DNA of 64,000 bases, taken from Nemertoderma westbladi (taxonomy: Eukaryota > Animalia > Xenacoelomorpha). Below, piece after piece: positions 51,901-58,346 of this stretch (position 1 is its first letter; every line of letters starts with the position of its first letter). The position numbers and the translations under genes are program-made. Location of the stretch: assembly GCA_032718475.1 (NCBI GenBank), contig JAUCBJ010000668.1, forward strand, positions 62,001-126,000, written 5' to 3'. The notes beneath the pieces were generated by a model, which had not been told where the DNA came from, did not search any database, and worked only from the letters and a program-made list of their open reading frames with translations.

Positions 51901-54900
51901 ATTTCGCTACATGCTAAATATTCTGCACGAACCTATTGCACCAGTCTAGATATATTTTTTCTCATCCGCACTAACCTATTGCACCAGTCTAGATATATTT
52001 TTTCTCATCCGCACTAACCTATTGCACCAGTCTAGATATATTTTTTCTCATCCGCACTAACCTATTGCACCAGTCTAGATATATTTTATCTCATCCGCAC
52101 TAACCTATTGCACCAGTCGAGATATATTTTCCTCATCCGCACTAACCTATTGCACCAGTCTAGATATATTTTTCCTCATCCGCACTAACCTATTGCACCA
52201 GTCTAGATATATTTTATCTCATCCGCACTAACCTATTGCACCAGTCTAGATATATTTTATCTCATCCGCACTAACCTATTGCACCAGTCTAGATATATTT
52301 TATCTCATCCGCACTAACCTATTGCACCAGTCTAGATATATTTTTTCTCATCCGCACTAACCTATTGCACCAGTCTAGATATAGTTTTTCTCATCCGCAC
52401 TAACCTATTGCACCAGTCTAGATATATTTTTTCTCATCCACTAACCTATTGCATCAGTCTAGTCTAGATATATTTTTCCTCATCCACTAACCTATTGCAC
52501 CTGTCTAGATATATTTGTTCTCATCCGCACTAACCTATTGCACCAGTCTAGATATAGTTTTTCTCATCCGCACTAACCTATTGCATCAGTCTAGATATAT
52601 TTTATCTCATCCGCACTAACCTATTGCACCAGTCTAGATATATTTTTTCTCATCCGCACTAACCTATTGCACCAGTCTAGATATAGTTTTTCTCATCCGC
52701 ACTAAGCTATTGCACCAGTCTAGATATATTTTTACTCATCCACTAACCTATTGCACCAGTCTAGATATATTTTTTCTCATCCGCACTAACCTATTGCACC
52801 AGTCTATATATATTTTTCCTCATCCGCACTAACTTATTGCACCAGTCTAGATATATTTTTTCTCATCCGCACTAATCTATTGCACCAGTCTAGATATATT
52901 TTTTCTCATCCGCACTAACCTATTGCATCAGTCTAGATATAATTTTTCTCATCCGCAATAACCTATTGCACCAGTCTAGATATAATTTTTCTTATCCGCA
53001 CTAACCTATTGCAACAGTCTAGATATATTTTTACTCATCCGCACTAGCCCATTGCACCAGTCGAGATATATTTTTCCTCATCCGCACTAGCCCATTGCAA
53101 CAGTCTAGATATATTTTTACTCATCCGCACTAGCCCATTGCACCAGTCGAGATATATTTTTCCTCATCCGCACTAACCTATTGCACCAGTCTAGATATAT
53201 ATTTTTTCTCATCCGCACTAACCTATTGCACCAGTCTAGATATATTTTTCCTCATCCACACTAACCTATTGCAACAGTCTAGATATATTTTTACTCATCC
53301 GCACTAGCCCATTGCACCAGTCGAGATATATTTTTCCTCATCCGCACTAACCTATTGCACCAGTCTAGATATATTTTTCCTCATCCACACTAACCTATTG
53401 CAACAGTCTAGATATATTTTTACTCATCCGCACTAGCCCATTGCACCAGTCGAGATATATTTTTCCTCATCCGCACTAACCTATTGCACCAGTCTAGATA
53501 TATTTTTCCTCATCCACACTAACCTATTGCAACAGTCTAGATATATTTTTACTCATCCGCACTAGCCCATTGCACCAGTCGAGATATATTTTTCCTCATC
53601 CACTAACCTATTGCACCTGTCTAGATATATTTTTTCCCATCCGCACTAACCTATTGCACCAGTCGAGATATATTTTTTCTCATCCGCACTAAGCTATTGC
53701 ACCAGTCTAGATATATTTTTCCTCATCCACTAACCTATTGCACCTGTCTAGATATATTTTTTCCCATCCGCACTAACCTATTGCACCAGTCGAGATATAT
53801 TTTTCCTCATCCGCACTAACCTATTGCACCAGTCTAGATATATTTTTACTCATCCGCACTAGCCCATTGCACCAGTCGAGATATATTTTTCCTCATCCGC
53901 ACTAACCTATTGCACCAGTCTAGATATATTTTTCCTCATCCACACTAACCTATTGCAACAGTCTAGATATATTTTTACTCATCCGCACTAGCCCATTGCA
54001 CCAGTCGAGATATATTTTTCCTCATCCGCACTAACCTATTGCACCAGTCTAGATATATTTTTCCTCATCCACACTAACCTATTGCAACAGTCTAGATATA
54101 TTTTTACTCATCCGCACTAGCCCATTGCACCAGTCGAGATATATTTTTCCTCATCCGCACTAACCTATTGCACCTGTCTAGATATATTTTTTCCCATCCG
54201 CACTAACCTATTGCACCAGTCGAGATATATTTTTTCTCATCCGCACTAAGCTATTGCACCAGTCTAGATATATTTTTCCTCATCCACTAACCTATTGCAC
54301 CTGTCTAGATATATTTTTTCCCATCCGCACTAACCTATTGCACCAGTCGAGATATATTTTTCCTCATCCGCACTAACCTATTGCACCAGTCTAGATATAT
54401 TTTTCCTCATCCACACTAACCTATTGCAACAGTCTAGATATATTTTTACTCATCCGCACTAGCCCATTGCACCAGTCGAGATATATTTTTCCTCATCCGC
54501 ACTAACCTATTGCACCAGTCTAGATATATTTTTCCTCATCCACACTAACCTATTGCAACAGTCTAGATATATTTTTACTCATCCGCACTAGCCCATTGCA
54601 CCAGTCGAGATATATTTTTCCTCATCCGCACTAACCTATTGCACCAGTCTAGATATAATTTTCCTCATCCGCACTAACCTATTGCACCAGTCTAGATATA
54701 TTTTTCCTCATCCGCACTAACCTATTGCACCAGTCTAGATATATTTTTCCTCATCCACACTAACCTATTGCACCAGTCTAGATATATTTTTCCTCATCCG
54801 CACTAACCTATTGCACCAGTCTAGATATATTTTTCCTCATCCACACTAACCTATTGCAACAGTCTAGATATATTTTTACTCATCCGCACTAGCCTATTGC

Positions 54901-56474
54901 ACCAGTCGAGATATATTTTTCCTCATCCGCACTAACCTATTGCACCTGTCTAGATATATTTTTTCCCATCCGCACTAACCTATTGCATCAGTCTAGATAT
55001 ATTTTTCCTCATCCACTAACCTATTGCATCAGTCTAGTCTAGATATATTTTTCCTCATCCACTAACCTATTGCACCTGTCTAGATATATTTTTTCCCATC
55101 CGCACTAACCTATTGCATCAGTCTAGATATATATTTTTCCTCATCCACTAACCTATTGCACCAGTCTAGATATATTTTTCCTCATCCACTAACCTATTGC
55201 ATCAGTCTAGTCTAGATATATTTTTCCTCATCCACTAACCTATTGCACCTGTCTAGATATATTTGTTCTCATCCGCACTAACCTATTGCACCAGTCTAGA
55301 TATATTTTTCCTCATCCACACTAACCTATTGCAACAGTCTAGATATATTTTTACTCATCCGCACTAGCCCATTGCACCAGTCGAGATATATTTTTCCTCA
55401 TCCGCACTAACCTATTGCACCAGTCTAGATATATTTTTCCTCATCCGCACTAACCTATTGCACCAGTCTAGATATATTTTTCCTCATCCACACTAACCTA
55501 TTGCACCAGTCGAGATATATTTTTCCTCATCCGCACTAACCTATTGCACCAGTCTAGATATATTTTTCCTCATCCGCACTAACCTATTGCACCAGTCTAG
55601 ATATATTTTTTCTCATCCGCACTAACCTATTGCATCAGTCTAGATATAATTTTTCTCATCCGCACTAAGCTATTGCACCAGTCGAGATATATTTTTTCTC
55701 ATCCGCACTAACCTATTGCATCAGTCTAGATATATTTTTTCTCATCCGCACTAACCTATTGCATCAGTCTAGATATAATTTTTCTCATCCGCAATAACCT
55801 ATTGCACCAGTCTAGATATATTTTTCCTCATCCACTAACCTATTGCACCAGTCTAGATATAATTTTTCTTATCCGCACTAACCTATTGCAACAGTCTAGA
55901 TATATTTTTCCTCATCCACTAACCTATTGCACCAGTCTAGATATATTTTTTCCCATCCGCACTAACCTATTGCATCAGTCTAGATATATTTTTCCTCATC
56001 CACTAACCTATTGCATCAGTCTAGTCTAGATATATTTTTCCTCATCCACTAACCTATTGCACCTGTCTAGATATATTTTTTCCCATCCGCACTAACCTAT
56101 TGCATCAGTCTAGATATATATTTTTCCTCATCCACTAACCTATTGCACCAGTCTAGATATATTTTTCCTCATCCACACTAACCTATTGCAACAGTCTAGA
56201 TATATTTTTTCTCATCCGCACTAAGCTATTGCACCAGTCTAGATATATTTTTCCTCATCCACTAACCTATTGCACCAGTCTAGATATAATTTTTCTCATC
56301 CGCACTAACCTATTGCACCAGTCTAGATACATTTTTTCATCATCCGTTAGTTGTAATGCTCTGCGCTTCGCTTGCTCATATAACTTTGAACTTCTATCGG
56401 AAAGAAGACCCAGCTGAATGATATCCGGTGGGTGTTTCTGTACTAACAGATGACTGTTTACGCTCACCATAGTC
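15775..56474 (-). CDS. APAF1: Apoptotic protease-activating factor 1 (Apaf-1), 3' part: end of HD2 plus WD40 propellers, 11 exons in window, about 790 aa; 5' exons lie outside the window
   Basis: Exons 56474-56310, 47853-47690, 41328-41084, 40429-40237, 37962-37758, 29606-29390, 29249-29118, 28650-28405, 18764-18489, 18074-17703 and 15942-15775 all have AG/GT ends and compatible phases. The joined protein aligns collinearly, by eye, with vertebrate Apaf-1 (e.g. PDIIQLGL...MYLDWCN vs PNIVQLGL...LYLEWIN; VLKRDLDGV vs MLKQEVDVV; CVRSCRFS..LATGDDTG vs CVRCSAFS..LATGDDNG; QTFYVNG...GLLYMLET vs QTFYTNG...GILYILQT). Confidence 0.92.
16063..16420 (+). mobile_element. MITE family B arm (TA-CACCATG terminus, C-run subterminus)
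   Basis: tacaccatg...atatagtgt...C-run...aatttttctacaaatctttat...gaaatttgaaac...cactgcaggccattt.attatatttaataaata, shared with 23446-23830. Confidence 0.6.
17703..18074 (-). CDS. APAF1: Apaf-1 WD40 exon
   Basis: ccacag|IWDVLSGKLL...RYLATGDDTGRVKVW...HNAWVTDIAFNADGSRLVSTGDNIK|gttagt; 372 nt, phase 0/0. Confidence 0.9.
18489..18764 (-). CDS. APAF1: Apaf-1 WD40 exon
   Basis: tttacag|IYNHNTK...LITAGNDKLISVW...GHTSAVNQV...NDGRLL|gtaagt; 276 nt, phase 0/0. Confidence 0.9.
18807..23446. repeat. Highly homogeneous 22-bp tandem array (tgtaaataaatacaagttagat), about 210 copies, intronic
   Basis: Period 22, with only a handful of single-base variants over about 4.6 kb. Confidence 0.97.
23446..24329. 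mobile_element. MITE family B: foldback of about 880 bp (arms about 380 bp, spacer about 85 bp); left tip replaced by the 22-bp array
   Basis: gacacgga-C-run-aatttttctacaaa...cacaatattctagaac is mirrored by gttccagaatattgtg...tttgtagaaaaattt-G-run-tccgtgtc. The right end catggtg-TA suggests TA-targeting (Tc1/mariner-type) termini. Confidence 0.8.
25858..26017. repeat. Short imperfect foldback of about 160 bp
   Basis: aattacgtattacatgg...aaaaag...agaac...ttttttca vs tgaaaaaaagttct.ctttttttcccatgtaataagtaatt around a ctcgctggcgctcgg centre. Confidence 0.55.
26626..27945. mobile_element. Non-autonomous EnSpm/CACTA-type element with internal tandem repeats of about 175 bp
   Basis: TA-CACTGataaaa ... 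tttt-CAGTG-TA, many aacc(g)cggtt subterminal motifs, and 3-4 tandem units (aaaaccggaatttaattaac...aaaccatggtttcataggttttaaaacctt) at about 27175-27750. Confidence 0.65.
28405..28650 (-). CDS. APAF1: Apaf-1 WD40 exon
   Basis: tttcag|IWDAMELQPNTTHTVLKRDLDGVLDDGKVLVGAGDNHYRFQVLEG...FAYGCDTGTIK|gtaagt; 246 nt. Confidence 0.9.
28693..29049. mobile_element. Internally deleted MITE family B copy
   Basis: tacaccatga...atagtgtcattttcagatgacac ... atcagaaaatgacattat...tcatagtgta. The interior matches 23605-23815. Confidence 0.6.
29118..29249 (-). CDS. APAF1: Apaf-1 WD40 exon (not in ORF track)
   Basis: atatag|IRIWDAVSGKIISTLNMHTSWVYSVAFSHCGRKIISASDDETVM|gtgagt; compare HLSWVHGVMFSPDGSSFLTSSDDQTI. Confidence 0.9.
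29390..29606 (-). CDS. APAF1: Apaf-1 WD40 exon
   Basis: ttgtag|G-NMVSNLCWSPDSSTIAS...TGDASTVQSLAFHPSGRSLAGGLNSFS|gttagt. Its phase 2 start fits the CAT AG| donor at 37758. Confidence 0.9.
30156..31910 (+). mobile_element. 5'-truncated, frameshifted non-LTR retrotransposon (RTE-like reverse transcriptase)
   Basis: ASGVDGVPPE, PVPKKG...FRGISLISIAAKLYNRILLNR, FVDFFKAFDAV, GILQGDILAPFLF, LDFADDL, FCYLGS, VLLYGS motifs. (AGT)n 3' tail. Flanked by TAACCTAT at 30148-30155 and 31911-31918 (likely TSD). Confidence 0.9.
32112..32397 (-). repeat. 3' LTR
   Basis: Direct repeat of 35788-36073, preceded on the minus strand by the polypurine tract. Confidence 0.95.
32441..34096 (-). CDS. Gypsy pol C-terminal part: partial RNase H plus integrase
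   Basis: ELELLAVTWAL...IVTDHRPL...DALSR (RNase H); LHASHQG...CGLC (HHCC); SADLF / TDGGPQF / SNGHAEAAV (D,D,E). Confidence 0.93.
   Translation of the reverse strand: MVELELLAVTWALRKCRIFLSGLADFEIVTDHRPLVSILDHHTLDEVENPRLQRLKERTMAYSFHTIWAAGKSHCIPDALSRAPVADPTAEDLADELDLVYSPATVSALATSLSSSTHLVDSLIISLKDAASLDPTYQELLHAVQSGFPIKPMGALLPYWKLRDKLSWDTGLVLYDNRLVVPMGMRPGVLQRLHASHQGVERTKRRARLAVFWPNIGEDIRHMVDSCGLCQESRPSQPREPLLQEDQPSRPFEDTSADLFDVSGRSYLVYTCRFSGWPCVTEWRSPPTASAVTRALSREFSATGVPIRLRTDGGPQFDAHDFRAFAQCWGVSLSPSSPYNPSSNGHAEAAVKAMKNLVKKSGFLTDAFNQGLLEWRNTPNSTGLSPAQIVFGAPLRSLVPAHHTTYAPQWCTIAEVADRRSDVKATERAAHDQHTRGLPRLYLGTTVLLQDPNTKRWDRTGTIVQVGPHRDYKIKLASGRVYRRNRRFLRPATPPHPTPTLEPTQPPQTQVSTDPTTTTAPQPERRVQFAPEPLPLPQRRSQRKIRPPDYL
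34118..35761 (-). CDS. Gypsy gag plus aspartic protease
   Basis: QRPGETVDEY gag motif, two zinc knuckles (CGNCGGTPHTTRSDC, CLNCQRRGHLQRMC), and protease LPDTGSD...ILLSWRTC. Confidence 0.9.
   Translation of the reverse strand: MTLMAYSHDSTLPATDDRDGTLSESDVSATVSPKTHHTRKLSYDELFRALTDHQRVADDQHRRETEEYRRVVEEQRREDARRADERLAALIEALLPRAAIPLAPPTMPTAGDHGPNPRHPPRVIDTRALERLDADIRLPEFRTWRRQWEFFVRQHRLTSYPVDEQTAALLGTFTTRLARSVEVNCALDLSDPTLAPSTVLDALQVYLRGQSNLALDYVNFINRSQRPGETVDEYRIALEDLGAELCTHCRSHQIAVRFVAGLLCAETKQKLLARTPFPDLPEVIDISRAEEAASREHANVRIGGPTSSVYRATSRELPRDNGRRRGSHRSVDRQCGNCGGTPHTTRSDCPAYEVICLNCQRRGHLQRMCRSSAPAATHGKVGLLRTHQITDSTSHGTRPERPVPAPLVSVTISGARGSCTLLVLPDTGSDVNIMGLTLVGRFGEQPDRLHESAQQVEAANGLSLHIGGSLPLTISFQNRSLSTSFLISREYDGILLSWRTCTELGILRYHDAVPQPLMATAMAIQHPQTPVQSMRPLPPPLVLNICL
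35788..36073 (-). repeat. 5' LTR
   Basis: Direct repeat of 32112-32397, followed on the minus strand by the TGG-initiated PBS. Confidence 0.95.
37758..37962 (-). CDS. APAF1: Apaf-1 WD40 exon whose 3' end seeds the 58-bp array
   Basis: atctag|GC-SITVIDL...AHFDAVKDVSFSPNGNTIASCSVDGTVKVWAPQSVCLELLLTYTGH-AG|gttagt; phase 1/2. Confidence 0.9.
38363..38744. mobile_element. piggyBac-type MITE
   Basis: TCAA-ccctatctggcccggg ... cccgggccaaataggg-TTAA: CCCT/AGGG termini and a TTAA-like target (left copy mutated). Confidence 0.65.
39690..39968 (+). mobile_element. Second 3'-terminal fragment of the RTE-like LINE at 30156-31910
   Basis: Near-identical to about 31627-31905 (gctttgcag.acattgctttcgccgtgaggaccagccagtgcataatc...gccgatcctagtagtag). 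Confidence 0.9.
40237..40429 (-). CDS. APAF1: Apaf-1 WD40 exon
   Basis: ttgcag|LNLDSINIKK...IISKVQFHPSNSNQLVCCSGN-G|gtaagt; phase 0/1, fits both neighbours. Confidence 0.82.
40806..40985 (-). mobile_element. Degenerate tRNA-derived SINE with Deu/Nin-type central domain
   Basis: Minus strand reads ggatcgagccc (B-box-like) followed by gtccactcagcattt..ttccatgtggtcgataaaattagtaccag, resembling the Deu/Nin core as I recall it (ggtcgactcagcctttcatcc...gtcgataaaatgagtaccag). Confidence 0.6.
41084..41328 (-). CDS. APAF1: Apaf-1 WD40 exon
   Basis: gttttag|GT-DVRICHDNTVLCCTFSHDDAKFASCGSDNTVRIWDSSTGELI...DG|gtgagt; compare AHEDEVLCCAFSTDDRFIATCSVDKKVKIWNSMTGELV. Confidence 0.9.
41708..41930. repeat. 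41-bp tandem repeat, about 5 copies
   Basis: Unit tctttagatgttggtactgatggagagctggccgtggaggg. Confidence 0.92.
42874..44295 (+). CDS. PARL-like mitochondrial rhomboid, predicted catalytically inactive, intronless, 473 aa
   Basis: Collinear with PARL motifs: SAWRYE (AIWQYE), QVYLSATVV (AVYLSAGVI), CGPAPGMLALVA (LGASGAIMTVLA), TAGTALKAAVATETA (TAGNALKAIIAMDTA), HASRLTALLFGVFY (HAAHLGGALFGIWY). Basic, acid-free N-terminus resembles a mitochondrial presequence. Confidence 0.8.
   Translation: MMLILHARLQSCRLLIKTQRPTQNPLTKLTMRTLKISAQLQTADTDNEIQKMVWHSRRKERLIKPDTESTALIRPTDYQWDEFPRDKHGIPLDTPRYRHYKRVKYTEILTSRYHDYTGPRPMDILRLCAVASGVLLVVCIGVSAWRYEDAKRKFDASIAANCCHDDQEYKREFIKFYNANKGDPNEVHLITYGILAYHWSVKLFSYGFEAIKRGTFTERFDPSRWDPWNFSRPSPHPELRPGSSWSRLLRHLLVPRLLRSNHTIFLLVVSLLFHEVMQQAPPVLDKFQALQVYLSATVVAQCGGECFRYIRRTFPPRLGVCGPAPGMLALVATVAFLRPDVQLWIPAFNRNYLSYTPVPATDRPLWRYFDATEWRWYPTAGTALKAAVATETALCLLATTGRPIHNLFYIKSAIRSLHSSHASRLTALLFGVFYVVFFSDFCANQQVTIVTQYDKLRDSFSNYRTKPSLFNSH
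44759..45996 (+). CDS. DPH5: Diphthine methyl ester synthase, 3 exons (44759-44927, 45179-45644, 45813-45996), about 272 aa
   Basis: MLYLVGLGL.DAKDITLRGLE...VYLEAYTS, ADREFVE, LVVGDPLGATTHTDL, QLYRYGETVS, GLHTLCLLDIKVKEQ, IYEPPRYM, GLARVG..DQKI, DMGKPLH.LVIP. GT-AG introns in phases 1 and 2; AATAAA overlaps the stop. Confidence 0.96.
46331..47551 (-). CDS. Orphan type I single-pass membrane protein (signal peptide, Cys-containing beta-rich ectodomain possibly Ig-like, TM helix, PPxY tail), 406 aa
   Basis: Hydrophobic N-terminus MKVIALIDILVALFVGVVRA, multiple N-x-S/T sequons, TM LVVIMVVSCLLIAFGAVPVVLFLMYF followed by KRNR, and a PPAY motif. TATAAAA lies about 40 nt upstream on the minus strand (47594-47588). 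Confidence 0.75.
   Translation of the reverse strand: MKVIALIDILVALFVGVVRANGSALQCSCSVDGESSSKFCHFTTNQTVKLECGLLNLEHETQDTGQTVHGYLEGVPIANWTKLPDNDQSGVRYVTEVITNESHYRGVEFSCVHSRDSCSVDLYHKANVTKLEVGKILVFLRKPGFVSDLDTCDLDERRRESELIWINELGEQITTDKHLTTKLYFSQMLICTERVGEEYTNVKKLFVQVFKLVVSRGNGSVVVFSGVTLAVQFGEVLNLEWQAVTRPGFTRTVKDYDMVYSIEGPRGNRTVVRESSRITVSSEQDYGVYVAEVRPGSHADNNGKTLGNKKVDSVVIRFAIVEANNVSSQKLRLVVIMVVSCLLIAFGAVPVVLFLMYFKRNREESARRQRRCESVSKVSVAPPAYYTVVSVDRSGSKTNQQLTEIY
47690..47853 (-). CDS. APAF1: Apaf-1 first WD40 exon (not in ORF track)
   Basis: atttcag|A-DPSQPLQLSTKHHDGPVHCARFSHNGSLFISGGDDYSIKICDAESGRIILPKPN-A|gttagt. Phase 2/1 exactly bridges 56310 and 41328; compare PHTDAVYHACFSEDGQRIASCGADKTLQVFKAETG. 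Confidence 0.88.
48275..49666 (+). mobile_element. Internally deleted non-LTR retrotransposon remnant (APE endonuclease N-part joined to post-RT region)
   Basis: SLWNIEG...LLFTET...GRPHGGL...YFTP and frameshifted GGDFN (APE), then IEICNKYEYLGI (RT thumb). A-run at about 49642-49651. 25-bp direct repeat aaataacataacaaataaatattat at 48250-48274 and 49667-49691. Confidence 0.75.
50244..51317 (+). CDS. RBM48: RNA-binding protein 48 (RRM; minor-spliceosome-associated), intronless, 357 aa
   Basis: HH...VC.TRPPYRDGRR.RAVKVFTV..ES.YLLV..VP ... EFT.TFLIKF ... RRRLDDFNFFGGFIHVTYAPELESLAETRDK matches the RBM48 N-terminal domain; the C-terminal half is low-complexity. Confidence 0.92.
   Translation: MNHHRRLEVCGTRPPYRDGRRERAVKVFTVADESLYLLVHRVPTVAPIEDLLKLFGKFGNISHHERREQELSTTDNEFTQTFLIKFSSLLGAGFARRRLDDFNFFGGFIHVTYAPELESLAETRDKFLTRSRRVVHHIERLRREKAGNLNSGVRGKKITGEGGRLISRKRDKNSSVLNKNVPLQRPTNTSDSTTDSNALEIAETSEVYSRKETSSPRTPIPPILDVALNPRNNVNPPAIGHAVDQSKYSAYHGGDRLLTSKIQPKAFTLTENNSVTIVTGKVKRPNKVQKSNRGGHNRGCWSWRKREVSDHKIDPNQTVGKSDKVSDPNRSIGKSHKVSDPRLFLPRILSLSSRKHP
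51930..56345 (-). repeat. 43-bp minisatellite made of the last about 34 nt of an Apaf-1 exon plus its donor and first intron bases; about 100 copies with higher-order sub-patterns
   Basis: Plus-strand unit ctcatccgcactaacctattgcaccagtctagatatatttttt. The rightmost copy is coding (DEKMYLDWCN-AG|gttagtgcg). Confidence 0.95.
56310..56474 (-). CDS. APAF1: Apaf-1 HD2 exon whose 3' end seeds the 43-bp array
   Basis: ctttag|G-TMVSVNSHLLVQKHPPDIIQLGLLSDRSSKLYEQAKRRALQLTDDEKMYLDWCN-AG|gttagt; compare SLNGHLLGRQPFPNIVQLGLCEPETSEVYQQAKLQAKQEVDNGMLYLEWIN. Confidence 0.9.
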
Positions 56475-57503
56475 CTAAAGATACATAAACAAAATTGATG
56501 ATAATTATAAACAGGGCAAGAGAAGATACGTCGTCTGCACTAGTGTTTAAACGGGATCCCGAAGTGTTATTTATTGATTTAGGGGAGTTAAAATGGTTAA
56601 ACCAATGAGGTATATTGCTTTTGCGTTTGCCTTGTGTAATCAGGTTTATACTTGGATGCTGTATAACAATTGCAATTGTCTGTAATTGACCCAATTTAAA
56701 CTATTTTAGGGGGGGGGGGGGGGGGGGGGTTGATTTCGACGCAATAAAATTGCATCCCTCTCAATGTAGTAGTAACCTTTTCCTTAATTTATAATTTAAC
56801 GAGATATAATATTTCGATTAGATTATTACCATTATTACACTGTAAATGTGTGCTCCTGCACATTAATGTTATTGCAATAATATACATTATGTTTGCAACG
56901 ATAAATTTATAGATTACTTTCTGCTGTACAATATCCTTTACCGGTCGTAAAATAAACATAAACTTATATTTGTATTTATATTTATTTATATGTGTTAATT
57001 CTTATCTCTGGTAATTGGTTAATCAATAAATAAATAACCTTTTAATATAATCGGTAATCGTACTCATTATAAGTGGAAAAGGTCACATGATATCCAAAGG
57101 AACCCACTGATATAATGTAACCCAAACCCAACAAAATTAATCATTGTAAGTCAAGTAGTCGACGAAACGGCGGTTTTCGATCACACCACGTGGCTCGCAC
57201 CATTAACTCAGTTAATCTGTGCATTGAACCAAAACCTACCGTGAGTGAGTGTGGCTGGCACAAGTCCATCTCCGTACTACTATTGTATGTGTATAAATAT
57301 ATACAGTTAATACATTATATCAATAGTTAAGTAATCAATGCCGATAACATTATACATTAATCACCTTTTGATAGTAAGTAAGTAAGTAAGTAAGTAAGTA
57401 CCTTTGAACTTTGAATTTCTCTTTGAAGAGTTCATTTATTGCATAAATATAGTTCGAACTTTTTATAATATTAACTTATTAATATTATGTTGTAATAACT
57501 ATT

Positions 57504-57640
57504 TACATACTTGTGTGTAAAGTAGCACTTTACAGTGTGATGATCCGAGTGGCTTTGTTACACGAACAAACGTTAGTGAGTGAGTGAAAATAAAGCCACG
57601 AGGAACAGAACACTGTAAAGTACTTTGCAACAAGTATGTA
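57504..57640. repeat. Short imperfect foldback of about 135 bp
   Basis: tacatacttg / caagtatgta, actttacagtgt / acactgtaaagt and gtggcttt / aaagccac are arranged symmetrically. Confidence 0.65.
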
Positions 57641-57705
57641 CTGTATGTAGTTTTATTTCAAAATTGTAACATTACGAAAAGATATATTAAGTGATAGTAG
57701 TAGGG

Positions 57706-58012
57706 TCTTGGCCGGCTCTGCGACAGTTAGACCTCACTGACACCCATTGGGTGTCATATGACACCCAATTATCACCCTATGGGTGTCATTGGGTGTCATT
57801 GGCGCCAGACTGTCTGGGTGACACCTCCCAATTAGGCTAATTAGACCCTAATTGACAGGTGTCATCAATTAATTAGTACAATTAAACCCTAACAGGTGTC
57901 ATATGACTCCTAATTAGGGTTTAATTGATTATCCTAATTAATCAGACTGATTAGCGCCCTGACACACAATGGGTCATCAGTGATGTCTAACTGTCGCAGA
58001 GCCGGCTCAAGA
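57706..58012. repeat. Palindromic block of about 300 bp with nested gggtgtca/tgacaccc motifs
   Basis: gccggctctgcgacagttagacctcactga ... tcagtgatgtctaactgtcgcagagccggc, with internal ttgggtgtcatatgacacccaa. Confidence 0.85.
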
Positions 58013-58346
58013 GGGTGTCATAAGTGACACCGCAGCTCTTTTATTCATTAATACTTATTTATTTATATTTAATTTTAATTAATTGTACTTTATTTTACTT
58101 TATTTATTCATTTGTACTTTATTTTATATTAATTATTCATTTGTACTTTATGGGTATACAGCTCCCTTACTGGTAACTAATTACTCTTATCTATATCCAG
58201 ACAGCTTTTTCGTTGACCTTTGACCTTTGACCCCTCAATTAGCTTTAACCAAGCAACAGCATATTAATGATAGTTGTATCCAAGCGCCCCTGCCCCCACC
58301 CCGTGACAGCTCTGATTACTAATTACTCTTACATATATCCAACCGC

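Noticed and set aside
55802-56417. Plus-strand ORFs with HQSRYIFPHPLTYC repeats
   Set aside because: Antisense translations of the 43-bp array.
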